From assembly GCF_001306055.1 (NCBI RefSeq), contig NZ_LGHJ01000013.1, positions 30,001 through 62,000 on the forward strand: 32,000 nt of DNA, read 5' to 3'. The DNA comes from Bellilinea caldifistulae (lineage in GTDB: Bacteria; Chloroflexota; Anaerolineae; Anaerolineales; Anaerolineaceae). The position numbers and the translations under genes are program-made. Numbering within the stretch: the first letter of the stretch is position 1; every line of letters begins with the position of its first letter. Below are positions 1 to 8,796 of the stretch, one piece after another. Under the pieces are notes generated by a model. It was not told where the DNA came from and did not search any database. It was given only the letters and a program-made list of their open reading frames with translations.

Positions 1-40
1 GATTGGATTTGAATTTCAGGTACTTGACCTCCAGAAAAAG

Positions 41-1288
41 TTAGGGCAACAGGCGTTTCAAGAAGTTCTTGATCCTGTCTCCATCCAAGTTAATCCCTTT
101 CGGGAGAAACGACCGGCGCGGGTGGAGTGGTTCGGCCTCGCTGAGCAGCAACGCCCAATGCAGCAATCCCACGCTGGTCGAATAGGCCGGTGAGTTCAAT
201 TGATCGGTTAAACCCACCAGATTTTCGGGTTTGGCTACCCGAACCGGTAAACCCAGCACCGAACTGGCCAGATTCTTCATGCCGGGCAACAAACTTGCTC
301 CGCCGGTGAGAACCATTCCTGCCGGCAGCAAGCCGTCATAACCGGAGCGTTTGATCTCCTGGAGCACCAGCATGAAAATCTCCTCAACGCGAGCCTCGAT
401 GATGTGGGCTAAATCCCGCCGGTTGACCTGTACGGGAGCCTCCTGGCCAAAGGAACGGACGCTGATCACATCATTTTCGGCAATTTCGGACTCAATCGCA
501 TGTCCATAGCGTTTTTTGACTTCTTCAGCCTGATCAATGGACAGCCGCAGGCCATGGGCAATGTCAGAGGTGATGTGATTGCCACCTACCGCCAGCACCA
601 TGGTGTGCCACAGATCTCCATCAATGTAAATGGCCAGATCGGTTGTTCCCCCGCCAATATCACACACCACCACGCCCATCTGACGTTCGGTTTCGGAGAG
701 GACAACCTCCGCCGAAGCCAGCGGGTTAAGGACAAATTGAGTGACCTGGACTCCGGCTGCCTGCACACACTGACGCAGATTTTCCACAGTCGATTCGGCA
801 GCCGTGATGATGTGCGCCTCTACTTCCATGCGGTAGCCATGCATCCCAATCGGCGTGCGAATGCCGTCCTGGCCGTCCACAATGAAACTGCGTTGAATGA
901 CATGGATGATCTGACGGTTATGAGGAATTGCCACAGCCTGAGCCGCCTCCAAAGCCCGCGCCACATCCATCTCGTCAATCACACCACCGGAAATGCCTAC
1001 CACCCCGCGGCTATTGACCGAGGCCACGTGCGACCCCGCCAGACTGACCAGTGCCGAGGTGATTTCAAAGCCCGAAGTCCGCTGGGCCTTCTCAATCGAA
1101 CGCGCAATCGAAGTTGAAGCAGCCGCAAGGTCTACAATATTCCCTTTGCGAATACCTTGCGAGGGTTCGATCCCCACGCCCAGAATGCGCATGGTTCGCT
1201 CGCCTTCCACGCGCGCCACCAGCGTACAGACTTTGGTCGTTCCGATATCAATTCCGACTACGATTGGTTCATCCATGGCATTCTCCAT
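41..1288 (-). CDS. ftsA: Cell division protein FtsA (actin-like ATPase)
   Basis: 415-aa ORF with ASKHA-fold motifs VGIDIGTTKV and DIGGGTTDLA. The C-terminal amphipathic helix (IKNFLKRLL) is typical of the FtsA membrane-targeting sequence. It follows ftsQ at the distal end of the dcw cluster, and its ATG shares 1 nt with the ftsQ stop (TAATG). Confidence 0.93.
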   Translation of the reverse strand: MENAMDEPIVVGIDIGTTKVCTLVARVEGERTMRILGVGIEPSQGIRKGNIVDLAAASTSIARSIEKAQRTSGFEITSALVSLAGSHVASVNSRGVVGISGGVIDEMDVARALEAAQAVAIPHNRQIIHVIQRSFIVDGQDGIRTPIGMHGYRMEVEAHIITAAESTVENLRQCVQAAGVQVTQFVLNPLASAEVVLSETERQMGVVVCDIGGGTTDLAIYIDGDLWHTMVLAVGGNHITSDIAHGLRLSIDQAEEVKKRYGHAIESEIAENDVISVRSFGQEAPVQVNRRDLAHIIEARVEEIFMLVLQEIKRSGYDGLLPAGMVLTGGASLLPGMKNLASSVLGLPVRVAKPENLVGLTDQLNSPAYSTSVGLLHWALLLSEAEPLHPRRSFLPKGINLDGDRIKNFLKRLLP

Positions 1289-2313
1289 TACTTATAGAAG
1301 GGAGCATTAATGAACTCAATACTGACCAGTTCTTGAGGGTGGATGCCCATTTTTTCAAAGTATTCAACGATGGATTCATATACTGTCAGTTTTTGTTCAA
1401 AATTCTCCAGATTTTTGCCGATATAGACTTCCCAACCGCGTGGATCCTGCCACCCTAATCCATAAATAGAATTATAGACCAGGTTGGATTCAGGGGACAA
1501 GCGAAAAACGAGATCATTTATCGCTTTCAAAAGCAGCGCATCTACTTGTTGTCCCCACAACGCTGTTGGTGAGTCACTTGAAGAGTTTTCTGCCCCGCTT
1601 TTGGCAGGCAGATCAATGAAGGTCAAAGGCGGTGTAATGTTGGATTCGATTCTTATCAACCCTTCAGCATCCCCTCGCGGCGGAAGAATCACCCCCTCCG
1701 CATCCAGCCAGTAAACTTGATCGCCTTTATCCCACATGAAAACCGGTTGCCGCTCGGTCACCTGAAGGGTCACTTCAGCCGGAATACCAACCTGGATATC
1801 AATGGACGCCAGTTCGGGGAATGCGGCTCTTAACGCTTCCCGTGCATGTCCGGGATCAAATTCGATGATTTGTGAGCCCTCCAACCGTAAAACCGCCTCC
1901 ACATCCGCATAGGAGAGCCGCTGCAATCCGGTCACCTGAAAACTTTGAACCTCGAACTGGTCGCTGAAAGCCAGCGTGTATAAAACCATTGCACACAAAA
2001 CCAGCAGAATTGCCGAAATCAGCCGCGTACCGGGCTTCACCAGCGGAATGGCTGGCAAACGGATCTCCGCCCCACTCGATCCAAGCGGATAATAATACTG
2101 TCTTCTCACCCGCATTGGCGGTATTTTCCGCAAGGGAACACTGGTGCTGGCTTGATAACCTCTCGAAAAGAACGAAGGGCCTGTTTTAGTGCCGACCGGT
2201 GATTTCAGCGGGGCTGATTTGCGGGCAGCCGAAGCCCGGCTGGCGGTTTTTTGCGCCCGCCTTTGGCGCAACTGCTCGGCTCGGTTGAGTGTGGAAGTGG
2301 AATTTACGCTCAT
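1288..2313 (-). CDS. ftsQ: Cell division protein FtsQ/DivIB (POTRA domain)
   Basis: 341-aa ORF with a basic, disordered N-terminus and a single TM (ISAILLVLCAMVLYTLAF), followed by a POTRA-like segment (FEVQSFQVTGLQRLSYADVEAVL). It lies between ddl and ftsA, and has an ATGA overlap with the ddl stop. Confidence 0.8.
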   Translation of the reverse strand: MSVNSTSTLNRAEQLRQRRAQKTASRASAARKSAPLKSPVGTKTGPSFFSRGYQASTSVPLRKIPPMRVRRQYYYPLGSSGAEIRLPAIPLVKPGTRLISAILLVLCAMVLYTLAFSDQFEVQSFQVTGLQRLSYADVEAVLRLEGSQIIEFDPGHAREALRAAFPELASIDIQVGIPAEVTLQVTERQPVFMWDKGDQVYWLDAEGVILPPRGDAEGLIRIESNITPPLTFIDLPAKSGAENSSSDSPTALWGQQVDALLLKAINDLVFRLSPESNLVYNSIYGLGWQDPRGWEVYIGKNLENFEQKLTVYESIVEYFEKMGIHPQELVSIEFINAPFYK

Positions 2314-3422
2314 TCTTTCCTCCGAAAACCAAACTCGGTCCGGTCACGGTCTGCTTTGCGCTCGAAAGCCAATTCGATCAATCGGTCCAGCAACTCTCCG
2401 TAAGGCAGTCCGCTGGCTTCCCAGAGTTTGGGATACATGCTGATACGGGTAAAACCCGGAATGGTATTGACTTCACTGACGTAAATTCGCTCTGTTTGGC
2501 GGTCGAGCAGGAAATCAACCCTTGCCATACCGGCACAGTCAATCGCCTTGTAGGTTTGCACGGCAATTCGCTGAATTTCCTGCGTCTGCCCATCCGATAA
2601 TGGCGCCGGGATGAGCAGCTCGGAATTATCCGAAAGGTATTTTGCGGAATAGGTGTAGAAATCTTCCCCCGGAACAACCTCTCCGGGTAGCGAAGCAACC
2701 GGTTGATCGTTTCCCAAAACACTGACTTCAATCTCGCGCGGTTTTTCCAAACCCTGCTCAACGATAATTCGCCGGTCATAGCGGGCCGCTTCGTTTAAAC
2801 CTTCCCCGAGATCCGAGCGGTTCCGGCATTTTGTGATCCCCACGGATGAGCCCAGATTTGCCGGTTTAACAAAGATTGGGTATGGCAGAGTGGATTCGAT
2901 GGTTTGAATAACCTGCGCCAGATTCTCTTCCACCTGCCGACGAGTAAACAATTGATAATCCAGTACCGGTAAATCGAAAGAACGCAGCACGGTCTTGAAT
3001 AACGCTTTGTCCATGCCCACCGCCGAAGCCAGCACTCCGGCACCCACATAAGCAATCCCAATTAATTCCAGAAAACCCTGCAAGGTGCCATCTTCGCCAA
3101 AAGTGCCGTGTAAGACCGGAAAGACCACGTCCAGATGTGCGTAAGGTTGATACCCGCTGTCATTCAAACGATAGAGATTGTGATCACCGGCCTGAGGGAA
3201 CATTGCAACCGGTTGAAGATGGGCAGTTTTGCCTTTCTGGAATGATTCCAGCACCCCTTCTCCGCTCAGCCATTTTCCATCTTTGGTGATTCCGACTTCA
3301 ATCAGACGGTATTTTGCCGGGTTGAGATTGGAGATAATGGAGTGAGCCGAGAGCAAAGAAACTTCATGCTCCCCGGAACGCCCACCAAAGAAAACTCCGA
3401 CAGTAATCTGGTTTGTCATCAT
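2310..3422 (-). CDS. ddl: D-alanine--D-alanine ligase
   Basis: 370-aa ORF with Ddl hallmarks: VGVFFGGRSGEHEVSL, FPVLHGTFGEDGTLQG and the ATP-grasp C-terminus EVNTIPGFT. ATGA overlap with the murB stop. Confidence 0.93.
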   Translation of the reverse strand: MMTNQITVGVFFGGRSGEHEVSLLSAHSIISNLNPAKYRLIEVGITKDGKWLSGEGVLESFQKGKTAHLQPVAMFPQAGDHNLYRLNDSGYQPYAHLDVVFPVLHGTFGEDGTLQGFLELIGIAYVGAGVLASAVGMDKALFKTVLRSFDLPVLDYQLFTRRQVEENLAQVIQTIESTLPYPIFVKPANLGSSVGITKCRNRSDLGEGLNEAARYDRRIIVEQGLEKPREIEVSVLGNDQPVASLPGEVVPGEDFYTYSAKYLSDNSELLIPAPLSDGQTQEIQRIAVQTYKAIDCAGMARVDFLLDRQTERIYVSEVNTIPGFTRISMYPKLWEASGLPYGELLDRLIELAFERKADRDRTEFGFRRKE

Positions 3423-4378
3423 TCGCCCTTTAAATTGGTATCATCATCCTGCCATTCACCAACCAGTTCCACTTCCAGTTCCAACTGCACCCCAAATTTC
3501 TCCTCAACCGTTTTGCGCACCTTTTCAATTAATTGACGATAATCACTGGCAGTTGCCGATTCGGTGTTGATAAAGAAGTTGGCATGTACTGGACTCACCT
3601 GCACGCCACCAACCCGCATCCCTTTCAATCCAGCCGCCTCAATCAGCCGTCCGGCATAGTCGCCGGGTGGGTTTTTGAACATAGAACCCAAACTGGCACC
3701 CGGCGGTTGAGTTTGTTTTCTGCGAATTGAAAATTCGTCCATTTTTTCCTTTACGGCTTGAGGTGTGCTTCTTTCCAGTTTTAAGGTGGCCGAAAGAATG
3801 ACCGCTTTTGTCCCGCTCCGTTTCAACACACTGCTGCGATATTCATAACCCAACTTTTCGGCTGGCCAGGTCTGCTTGCCTTCTTGCGGGTGCAAGATTT
3901 CTGCCATCAGCAGGTTTCCCTGCATATCCCCGCCAAAAGCCCCGGCGTTGCCGTAAATTGCCCCACCCAGGGTTCCCGGCACGGTATTCGCCCATTCCAG
4001 TCCACTAAAGCCACGCAGAGCGGCCTGGCGGGCAATCATGCCAAGGTTTGCCCCCGATTCTGCCCACACCGTCGGCGGTTCGGTTTGGGAATGAATCTTG
4101 ATGGTATGCGCCCGATTGAGCAAAACAACGCCGTGATAACCCCGATCACTCACCAGCACATTTGCTCCGCCGCCCAAAATCAGGAAGGGGACATTCCATT
4201 CCCACAGCGTTTTAACCGCTTTTTCCAGCTCATCCGCACTATTCACCACCAGCAACGCATCCGCCGGGCCGCCAACTCGTGCAGCCGTATAATTGGCCAG
4301 CCGCACGTTTTCTTGCAGCCGTTCCCCAAACTGCTCGCGCAGTTCGTTGATCGGAAGGTTAGAAAGTGGTGATTTCAC
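3419..4378 (-). CDS. murB: UDP-N-acetylenolpyruvoylglucosamine reductase
   Basis: 319-aa ORF with FAD-binding PCMH-type motifs (ANYTAARVGGPADALL, FLILGGGANVLVSD) and a MurB C-terminal domain. GTG start at 4378 is preceded by AGGAG 9 nt upstream. Confidence 0.93.
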   Translation of the reverse strand: MKSPLSNLPINELREQFGERLQENVRLANYTAARVGGPADALLVVNSADELEKAVKTLWEWNVPFLILGGGANVLVSDRGYHGVVLLNRAHTIKIHSQTEPPTVWAESGANLGMIARQAALRGFSGLEWANTVPGTLGGAIYGNAGAFGGDMQGNLLMAEILHPQEGKQTWPAEKLGYEYRSSVLKRSGTKAVILSATLKLERSTPQAVKEKMDEFSIRRKQTQPPGASLGSMFKNPPGDYAGRLIEAAGLKGMRVGGVQVSPVHANFFINTESATASDYRQLIEKVRKTVEEKFGVQLELEVELVGEWQDDDTNLKGE

Positions 4379-4389
4379 GCCAGAATCTC

Positions 4390-4584
4390 CTATAGCGCCT
4401 TAATCGCCTCGATCAAGCGGTTGAGCAGATCTTCCCGATTTCCATCCAACACAGGCGGCCGGGAAGTGAGGCATTCCCGTTGGGGGTGTGCCTCTCTCCG
4501 TGATTGAAATTCCGCGCTTTCCAAACGCAGAGGGGTCGCCACGGACACAGTGGAGGAATACGTTCGTTTCTTTGTCTCAGACAT
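4390..4584 (-). CDS. Hypothetical 64-aa protein between murC and murB (unrecognised family)
   Basis: This is the only ORF filling the 198-nt murC-murB gap. Its ATG lies inside the last codons of murC (GATGTCTGA, 8-nt overlap). Its TAG stop overlaps the AGGAG Shine-Dalgarno of murB. The C-terminus (EDLLNRLIEAIKAL) looks like an amphipathic helix. I recognise no homology, and coding status is unproven. Confidence 0.35.
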   Translation of the reverse strand: MSETKKRTYSSTVSVATPLRLESAEFQSRREAHPQRECLTSRPPVLDGNREDLLNRLIEAIKAL

Positions 4585-5968
4585 CTGCCAACTCCTTTTC
4601 TTTCAAAGCCGAAAAAACCTGTGCGCTGATTTGGTCAGCATCACCTGCTGAAAGCACCAGCAGGACATCGCCTTTTTGCAATTTTTCCAGCAAGTAAACC
4701 GTAGCCTCATGGAGGGACGGAATGAACCTGACCGAAGGATGAACCATTTGCGAAACGACCTGCGCTGCCGAAAAGCCCTCATTCCTTTCACGGGCTGCGT
4801 AAACCTCCGTGACCACGACCTCATCCGCCAATTGGAAAGCGCGGGTGAAGCCATCCATCAAAGCCAGCGTCCTTGAATAGGTGTGTGGCTGCCATACCGC
4901 CCAAATCCGCCGTTGGGGATAGCGCATTTTCGCAGCCGAAAGGGTGGCGCTCACCTCAGTGGGGTGATGAGCGTAATCATCAACCACGATTACCCCGCTG
5001 GCTTCGCCCAAAACATCAAAGCGCCGCCCGGTTCCGCTGAACTCAGCCAGGGCTTGCGCAACCTCATCCATTGGCAATCCCAGCCAGTTGCAAGCCGCCA
5101 GCACCGCTGTGGCATTCATCACATTATGAGTACCGGGTACCTGTAACCCAACCCGTACGGATCCGATGGACTGTACCTGTTGGACAAAAGTAACTTCAAA
5201 ATCGAGGCCGCCCATTTCATTGACGCCTAAAATTACTGCATGCACATCCGCTTTTGTTTCCTGCGCATAGGACAGGCAACTCCCGCCTCGTTGACGAAAT
5301 TCATTAGCCAGGCGGGCAGCCATGCTGTTATCAGCATTGGCAATTACTACCCCGCCGGGTTGCAGCCGCTCAATGAGCTGACCAAACGCCTTGAAATAAC
5401 TTTCCGGTGTGGGAAAATAATCTGGATGATCATGTTCCACTGTGGTCAGGATGACCAGATCCGGCTTTAATCCAAGGAACATGTGGTCATATTCATCCGC
5501 TTCAATCACAAACCATTGTCCACGCCCGGCATGCGCATTCCGTTTAAGGTTTTTAGAAACACCACCGATCAAATAAGAGGGATCATGATTCAGCCGGGTT
5601 AGAACCCACGCCAACATGGCGGTAGTGGTGGTCTTGCCATGTGTACCGGCAATTGCCAGTACCTTTTGATCGCCGCTCAATTGTTCCAAAAATTCCTGGC
5701 GTTTCAGCACTGGAATGCCGGCCGCAAGTGCTGCCTGGACCTCCGGGTTTTCCGGCGGGACTGCCGAAGAACGGATCACGACATCTGCGCCGCGTACATT
5801 GGCGGGATCATGTCCGGCATAAACCGTGATCCCCTCGCCGACCAGTTGAGCCGCCAGAGGAGAAAGCACACGGTCAGAACCCGTCACGCGATAGCCCTTC
5901 TCCTTTAAGAAGAGGGCAATTGCCGAAAGGCCGCTTCCACCAATTCCAATCAGATGCACGTGTTTCAT
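4577..5968 (-). CDS. murC: UDP-N-acetylmuramate--L-alanine ligase
   Basis: Mur ligase with N-terminal Rossmann motif HLIGIGGSGLSAIA and P-loop GTHGKTTTTAML. I placed the start at ATG 5968 (MKHVHLIGIGG), which shares 1 nt with the stop of the upstream CvpA-like gene (TGATG). The longer ORF-track N-terminus would overlap that gene. Confidence 0.92.
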   Translation of the reverse strand: MKHVHLIGIGGSGLSAIALFLKEKGYRVTGSDRVLSPLAAQLVGEGITVYAGHDPANVRGADVVIRSSAVPPENPEVQAALAAGIPVLKRQEFLEQLSGDQKVLAIAGTHGKTTTTAMLAWVLTRLNHDPSYLIGGVSKNLKRNAHAGRGQWFVIEADEYDHMFLGLKPDLVILTTVEHDHPDYFPTPESYFKAFGQLIERLQPGGVVIANADNSMAARLANEFRQRGGSCLSYAQETKADVHAVILGVNEMGGLDFEVTFVQQVQSIGSVRVGLQVPGTHNVMNATAVLAACNWLGLPMDEVAQALAEFSGTGRRFDVLGEASGVIVVDDYAHHPTEVSATLSAAKMRYPQRRIWAVWQPHTYSRTLALMDGFTRAFQLADEVVVTEVYAARERNEGFSAAQVVSQMVHPSVRFIPSLHEATVYLLEKLQKGDVLLVLSAGDADQISAQVFSALKEKELADV

Positions 5969-6516
5969 CAGATAAACACCACCAGAACAAATACGAAAGC
6001 AATCGCTACGGCAAAGTAGATAATCGGTGTACCGGTTTCTGCCATCAACCATTCAGGTGGCAGAAGATTGATTAATCGCAAAGCTTCCTGCCCCATGACC
6101 GTATTCGGATCGGGGGCTGTAATGATTGGAAAAGGATAATTGGCATTGTGGAGGAACCACCATAACGTTCCCCATACCATAAAACCGTTGACAGCGCCCA
6201 AAAAGAAACCCAGAAGGATGTCCTGCAATCGTTCGCGAGCAAATTTACCGGTTTGAGCAATGCGAGGGAGATTGGGAGTTTGATAACCAAAGAAGACCAG
6301 CGAAAGCAGCACAATGGCTCGCATCCAGAAAAGAGTTTCGGGAGCATTCTCCCGCAAAATTCGGATGAAAGGCACAAACCGCTCCAGCACGGTGACGATG
6401 AACATCGCCAGCACCACTGCAAATGTCACCAGAATTTCTCGCGCCCAGCCGCGCACACCGCCTACCAGCGCAAATAAAATGACCAGTAGCCAAAATACGA
6501 CATTCAGGCTCACCAT
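5968..6516 (-). CDS. CvpA (colicin V production) family integral membrane protein
   Basis: 182-aa ORF with about 4 TM helices. It carries the CvpA-type N-terminal signature (LLVILFALVGGVRGWAREIL, compare E. coli CvpA ...LIRGFVREAL) and a central R..D..LG...G...G segment (RLQDILLGFFLGAVNGFMV). Its ATG overlaps the murG stop by 7 nt (ATGGTGA), and its stop shares 1 nt with the murC ATG. Confidence 0.72.
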   Translation of the reverse strand: MVSLNVVFWLLVILFALVGGVRGWAREILVTFAVVLAMFIVTVLERFVPFIRILRENAPETLFWMRAIVLLSLVFFGYQTPNLPRIAQTGKFARERLQDILLGFFLGAVNGFMVWGTLWWFLHNANYPFPIITAPDPNTVMGQEALRLINLLPPEWLMAETGTPIIYFAVAIAFVFVLVVFI

Positions 6517-7625
6517 GTCGTCATCCTGCCTTTCTGCGCGGGAGAATGTGCCAGTTCCCGCAGCAAGTCCGCAATTTTCTCCGCTGCCCGCGGTTGAGCA
6601 AGACCCAGCATTGCCGAGCGCATTGCCGCAAGACGAGACTCTTCAGTGATCAATCGAGTAACCACAGGCAGCAACTGTTGGGCAAGGTCATTATTTTCAA
6701 CAACCACAGCCGCCCCACGTGAGGCAAGATACTCTGCATTAACCTTTTGATAACGCCAGGCATAGGGATATGGCACCAGCACCGCGGGTAAACCAAAATA
6801 CGGCAATTCTCCCAGGGTCGAAGCACCCGCCCGGCAAACAACCAGATCCGCTGCTGCCAGGGCTGCACCCATCTCCTCATGCAGGTAGGCAAACACATGA
6901 TAACGGGAAAGCTGCTCGGCTGATAATTGAGCCCGTTGCTCGTCCACCAATGGCCAGTCGCCCTGTCCGGTCACATGAATCACCTGCATTCTCCCCAGTA
7001 ATTCCGGCAATACAGACCACAATGCCTGATTAATGCTACGGGCTCCCTTGCTGCCACCAAAGACAAGCAGTACCTTTTCCTGTTCTTCAATCCCAAACCG
7101 GGCCCGCCCCGCCCGACGATCCCACTTCATGATTTCTGGTCGGACGGGGTAACCCGACACCACAACCCGCTTCCCGGAAGAGAAAAATTTGCGGGATTCC
7201 TCTGCCGTGACCGCAATGCAATCTGCAAATCGAGCCAGCGTCTTCAATGCCAGACCCGGCTCGATGTCGGGTACATACAGCAGACTGTTTCGCGGAATAC
7301 TCATCAGGGCCATTGGTACAGCCACATAACCACCCGTGAAGAAAAGCACATCCGGTTGAAATTCACGCAGAATTTGACGGGAGGCAATCGTGCCTTTTGC
7401 CAGCCGCATGAGGTTGCCGGGCAAAACCCGCAGTCCCACGCCGTGCACGCCGGCAGCAGGAATGCCGCGGAAGGGGATTTGCAGGCGGGAAACCAGGTCC
7501 TTTTCCATGCCGTCTTCCCCTCCTACCCACAAAACGGGGTTGGCCTCATCGGCGAGTGTTTGAAGAACGGTGAGCGCGGGATACACCCCGCCGCCCGTTC
7601 CCCCGGCGCAAATTAACAACCGCAC
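6510..7625 (-). CDS. murG: Undecaprenyldiphospho-muramoylpentapeptide beta-N-acetylglucosaminyltransferase
   Basis: GT28 N-terminal G-loop ICAGGTGGGVYPAL and a C-terminal CRAGASTLGEL...QKVNAEYL motif. The start is uncertain. GTG 7625 has a GGGAGAG Shine-Dalgarno about 8 nt upstream and is my choice. ATG 7649 and TTG 7676 (the ORF-track start) lack one. Every candidate overlaps the 3' end of ftsW. Confidence 0.88.
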   Translation of the reverse strand: MRLLICAGGTGGGVYPALTVLQTLADEANPVLWVGGEDGMEKDLVSRLQIPFRGIPAAGVHGVGLRVLPGNLMRLAKGTIASRQILREFQPDVLFFTGGYVAVPMALMSIPRNSLLYVPDIEPGLALKTLARFADCIAVTAEESRKFFSSGKRVVVSGYPVRPEIMKWDRRAGRARFGIEEQEKVLLVFGGSKGARSINQALWSVLPELLGRMQVIHVTGQGDWPLVDEQRAQLSAEQLSRYHVFAYLHEEMGAALAAADLVVCRAGASTLGELPYFGLPAVLVPYPYAWRYQKVNAEYLASRGAAVVVENNDLAQQLLPVVTRLITEESRLAAMRSAMLGLAQPRAAEKIADLLRELAHSPAQKGRMTTW

Positions 7626-8796
7626 TGAATGCTCTCCCTTCTTCTTCATTCTTCTTGTGATTGGCAACCCTGCCAACCGAGAGGATTAACCCAATTGCCG
7701 CCATGGTCATAGTCAGGTTGGAACCGCCGGCGCTGATTAATGGAAGGGCATTTCCGGTGATTGGAAAAACACTCACCATCACGCCCATGTTCAGGATGGC
7801 TTCGAAGGTAATCCAAAACGTTAAACCCGCTGCCAGCAAACGTCCCTGGATATCCAATGCTTTTCGAGCGATGCTCATCCCTCGCCACATCAAAATCATG
7901 AAAGCGATCACCACCGCACCTGCCCCAATCAGACCGGTTTCTTCGATAATGACCGCAAAAATTGAATCGGTGTGGGAAACCGGCAGGGCAAACTTGGAAG
8001 ACCCTTTCCCAATCCCTACACCAAACACGCCACCCCGCACAATCGATTCGATTACCCGCTTAATGTGATCATGCGCATTAGCCGGATCTTGTAAAGCCAC
8101 CAGGTATTGTTCGAACCGAAAACGGCCGGTATCCGATACCAGCAAGAATAACGCACTGATTCCACCCACCACCAGTAAAATCAAGATGATTTGCCGCCAG
8201 TCCACCCCGGCCAGGAAGAACATCATTCCGCCCAGCACAAGAATGGTCAGGGTTGCGCTCAGGTCCGGCTGCAACATGATAAGGGCAGCAGTAAGGCTGA
8301 GTATGGTGACCATGGGAATCAGCCCAAAATGGATGTTGTTCAAGACTTCCTGTTTTGAGTGCAGCCAGAAGGCAAGGTAAATGATGACCACCAGTTTTGC
8401 CAGTTCGGAGGGCTGGATTGAGCCGTTAAACAAGGTGCGGCGAGCACCAAAGCGCATTTCCCCCACCAATGCAACTGCCAGCAACAAGGCGATCATGATC
8501 AAAACCATCGGAATGAGCCACTTCTTCCATCGCCGGTAATCTACATACATTAAGAAAACGGCTACACCGACTCCTACAAACACCCATCGCAGCTGATTGA
8601 GAAAGAAATAGCTGATTGGCTTTTCAGCCAAGATGGAAGGCTGCCATGAAGCAGAATAAACCATCAAAATGCCAAAACCAAGCAGGAACATGACAACCAG
8701 GACAAACGGCACATCAATCCCCAAACGAATTGGGCGAATGGAAGGTTCACCCCGCGTTGCGGCAATTCGAGAATTTATGACAGTTGGTTCACCCAT
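7546..8796 (-). CDS. ftsW: SEDS-family peptidoglycan glycosyltransferase FtsW
   Basis: 416-aa polytopic membrane ORF with SEDS motifs IQPSELAKL, HTDSIFAVIIEETGLIG and LPLISAGGSN. GGGGAGG lies 11 nt upstream of the ATG. It sits between murD and murG. Confidence 0.9.
   Translation of the reverse strand: MGEPTVINSRIAATRGEPSIRPIRLGIDVPFVLVVMFLLGFGILMVYSASWQPSILAEKPISYFFLNQLRWVFVGVGVAVFLMYVDYRRWKKWLIPMVLIMIALLLAVALVGEMRFGARRTLFNGSIQPSELAKLVVIIYLAFWLHSKQEVLNNIHFGLIPMVTILSLTAALIMLQPDLSATLTILVLGGMMFFLAGVDWRQIILILLVVGGISALFLLVSDTGRFRFEQYLVALQDPANAHDHIKRVIESIVRGGVFGVGIGKGSSKFALPVSHTDSIFAVIIEETGLIGAGAVVIAFMILMWRGMSIARKALDIQGRLLAAGLTFWITFEAILNMGVMVSVFPITGNALPLISAGGSNLTMTMAAIGLILSVGRVANHKKNEEEGRAFSAVVNLRRGNGRRGVSRAHRSSNTRR

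Noticed and set aside
1-40. A possible start of ftsZ downstream of ftsA, suggested by GGAGG on the minus strand at 32..28.
   Set aside because: No ATG, GTG or TTG at suitable spacing lies within the remaining 27 nt; only a CTG at 19..17 is present. The gene downstream of ftsA cannot be determined from this window.
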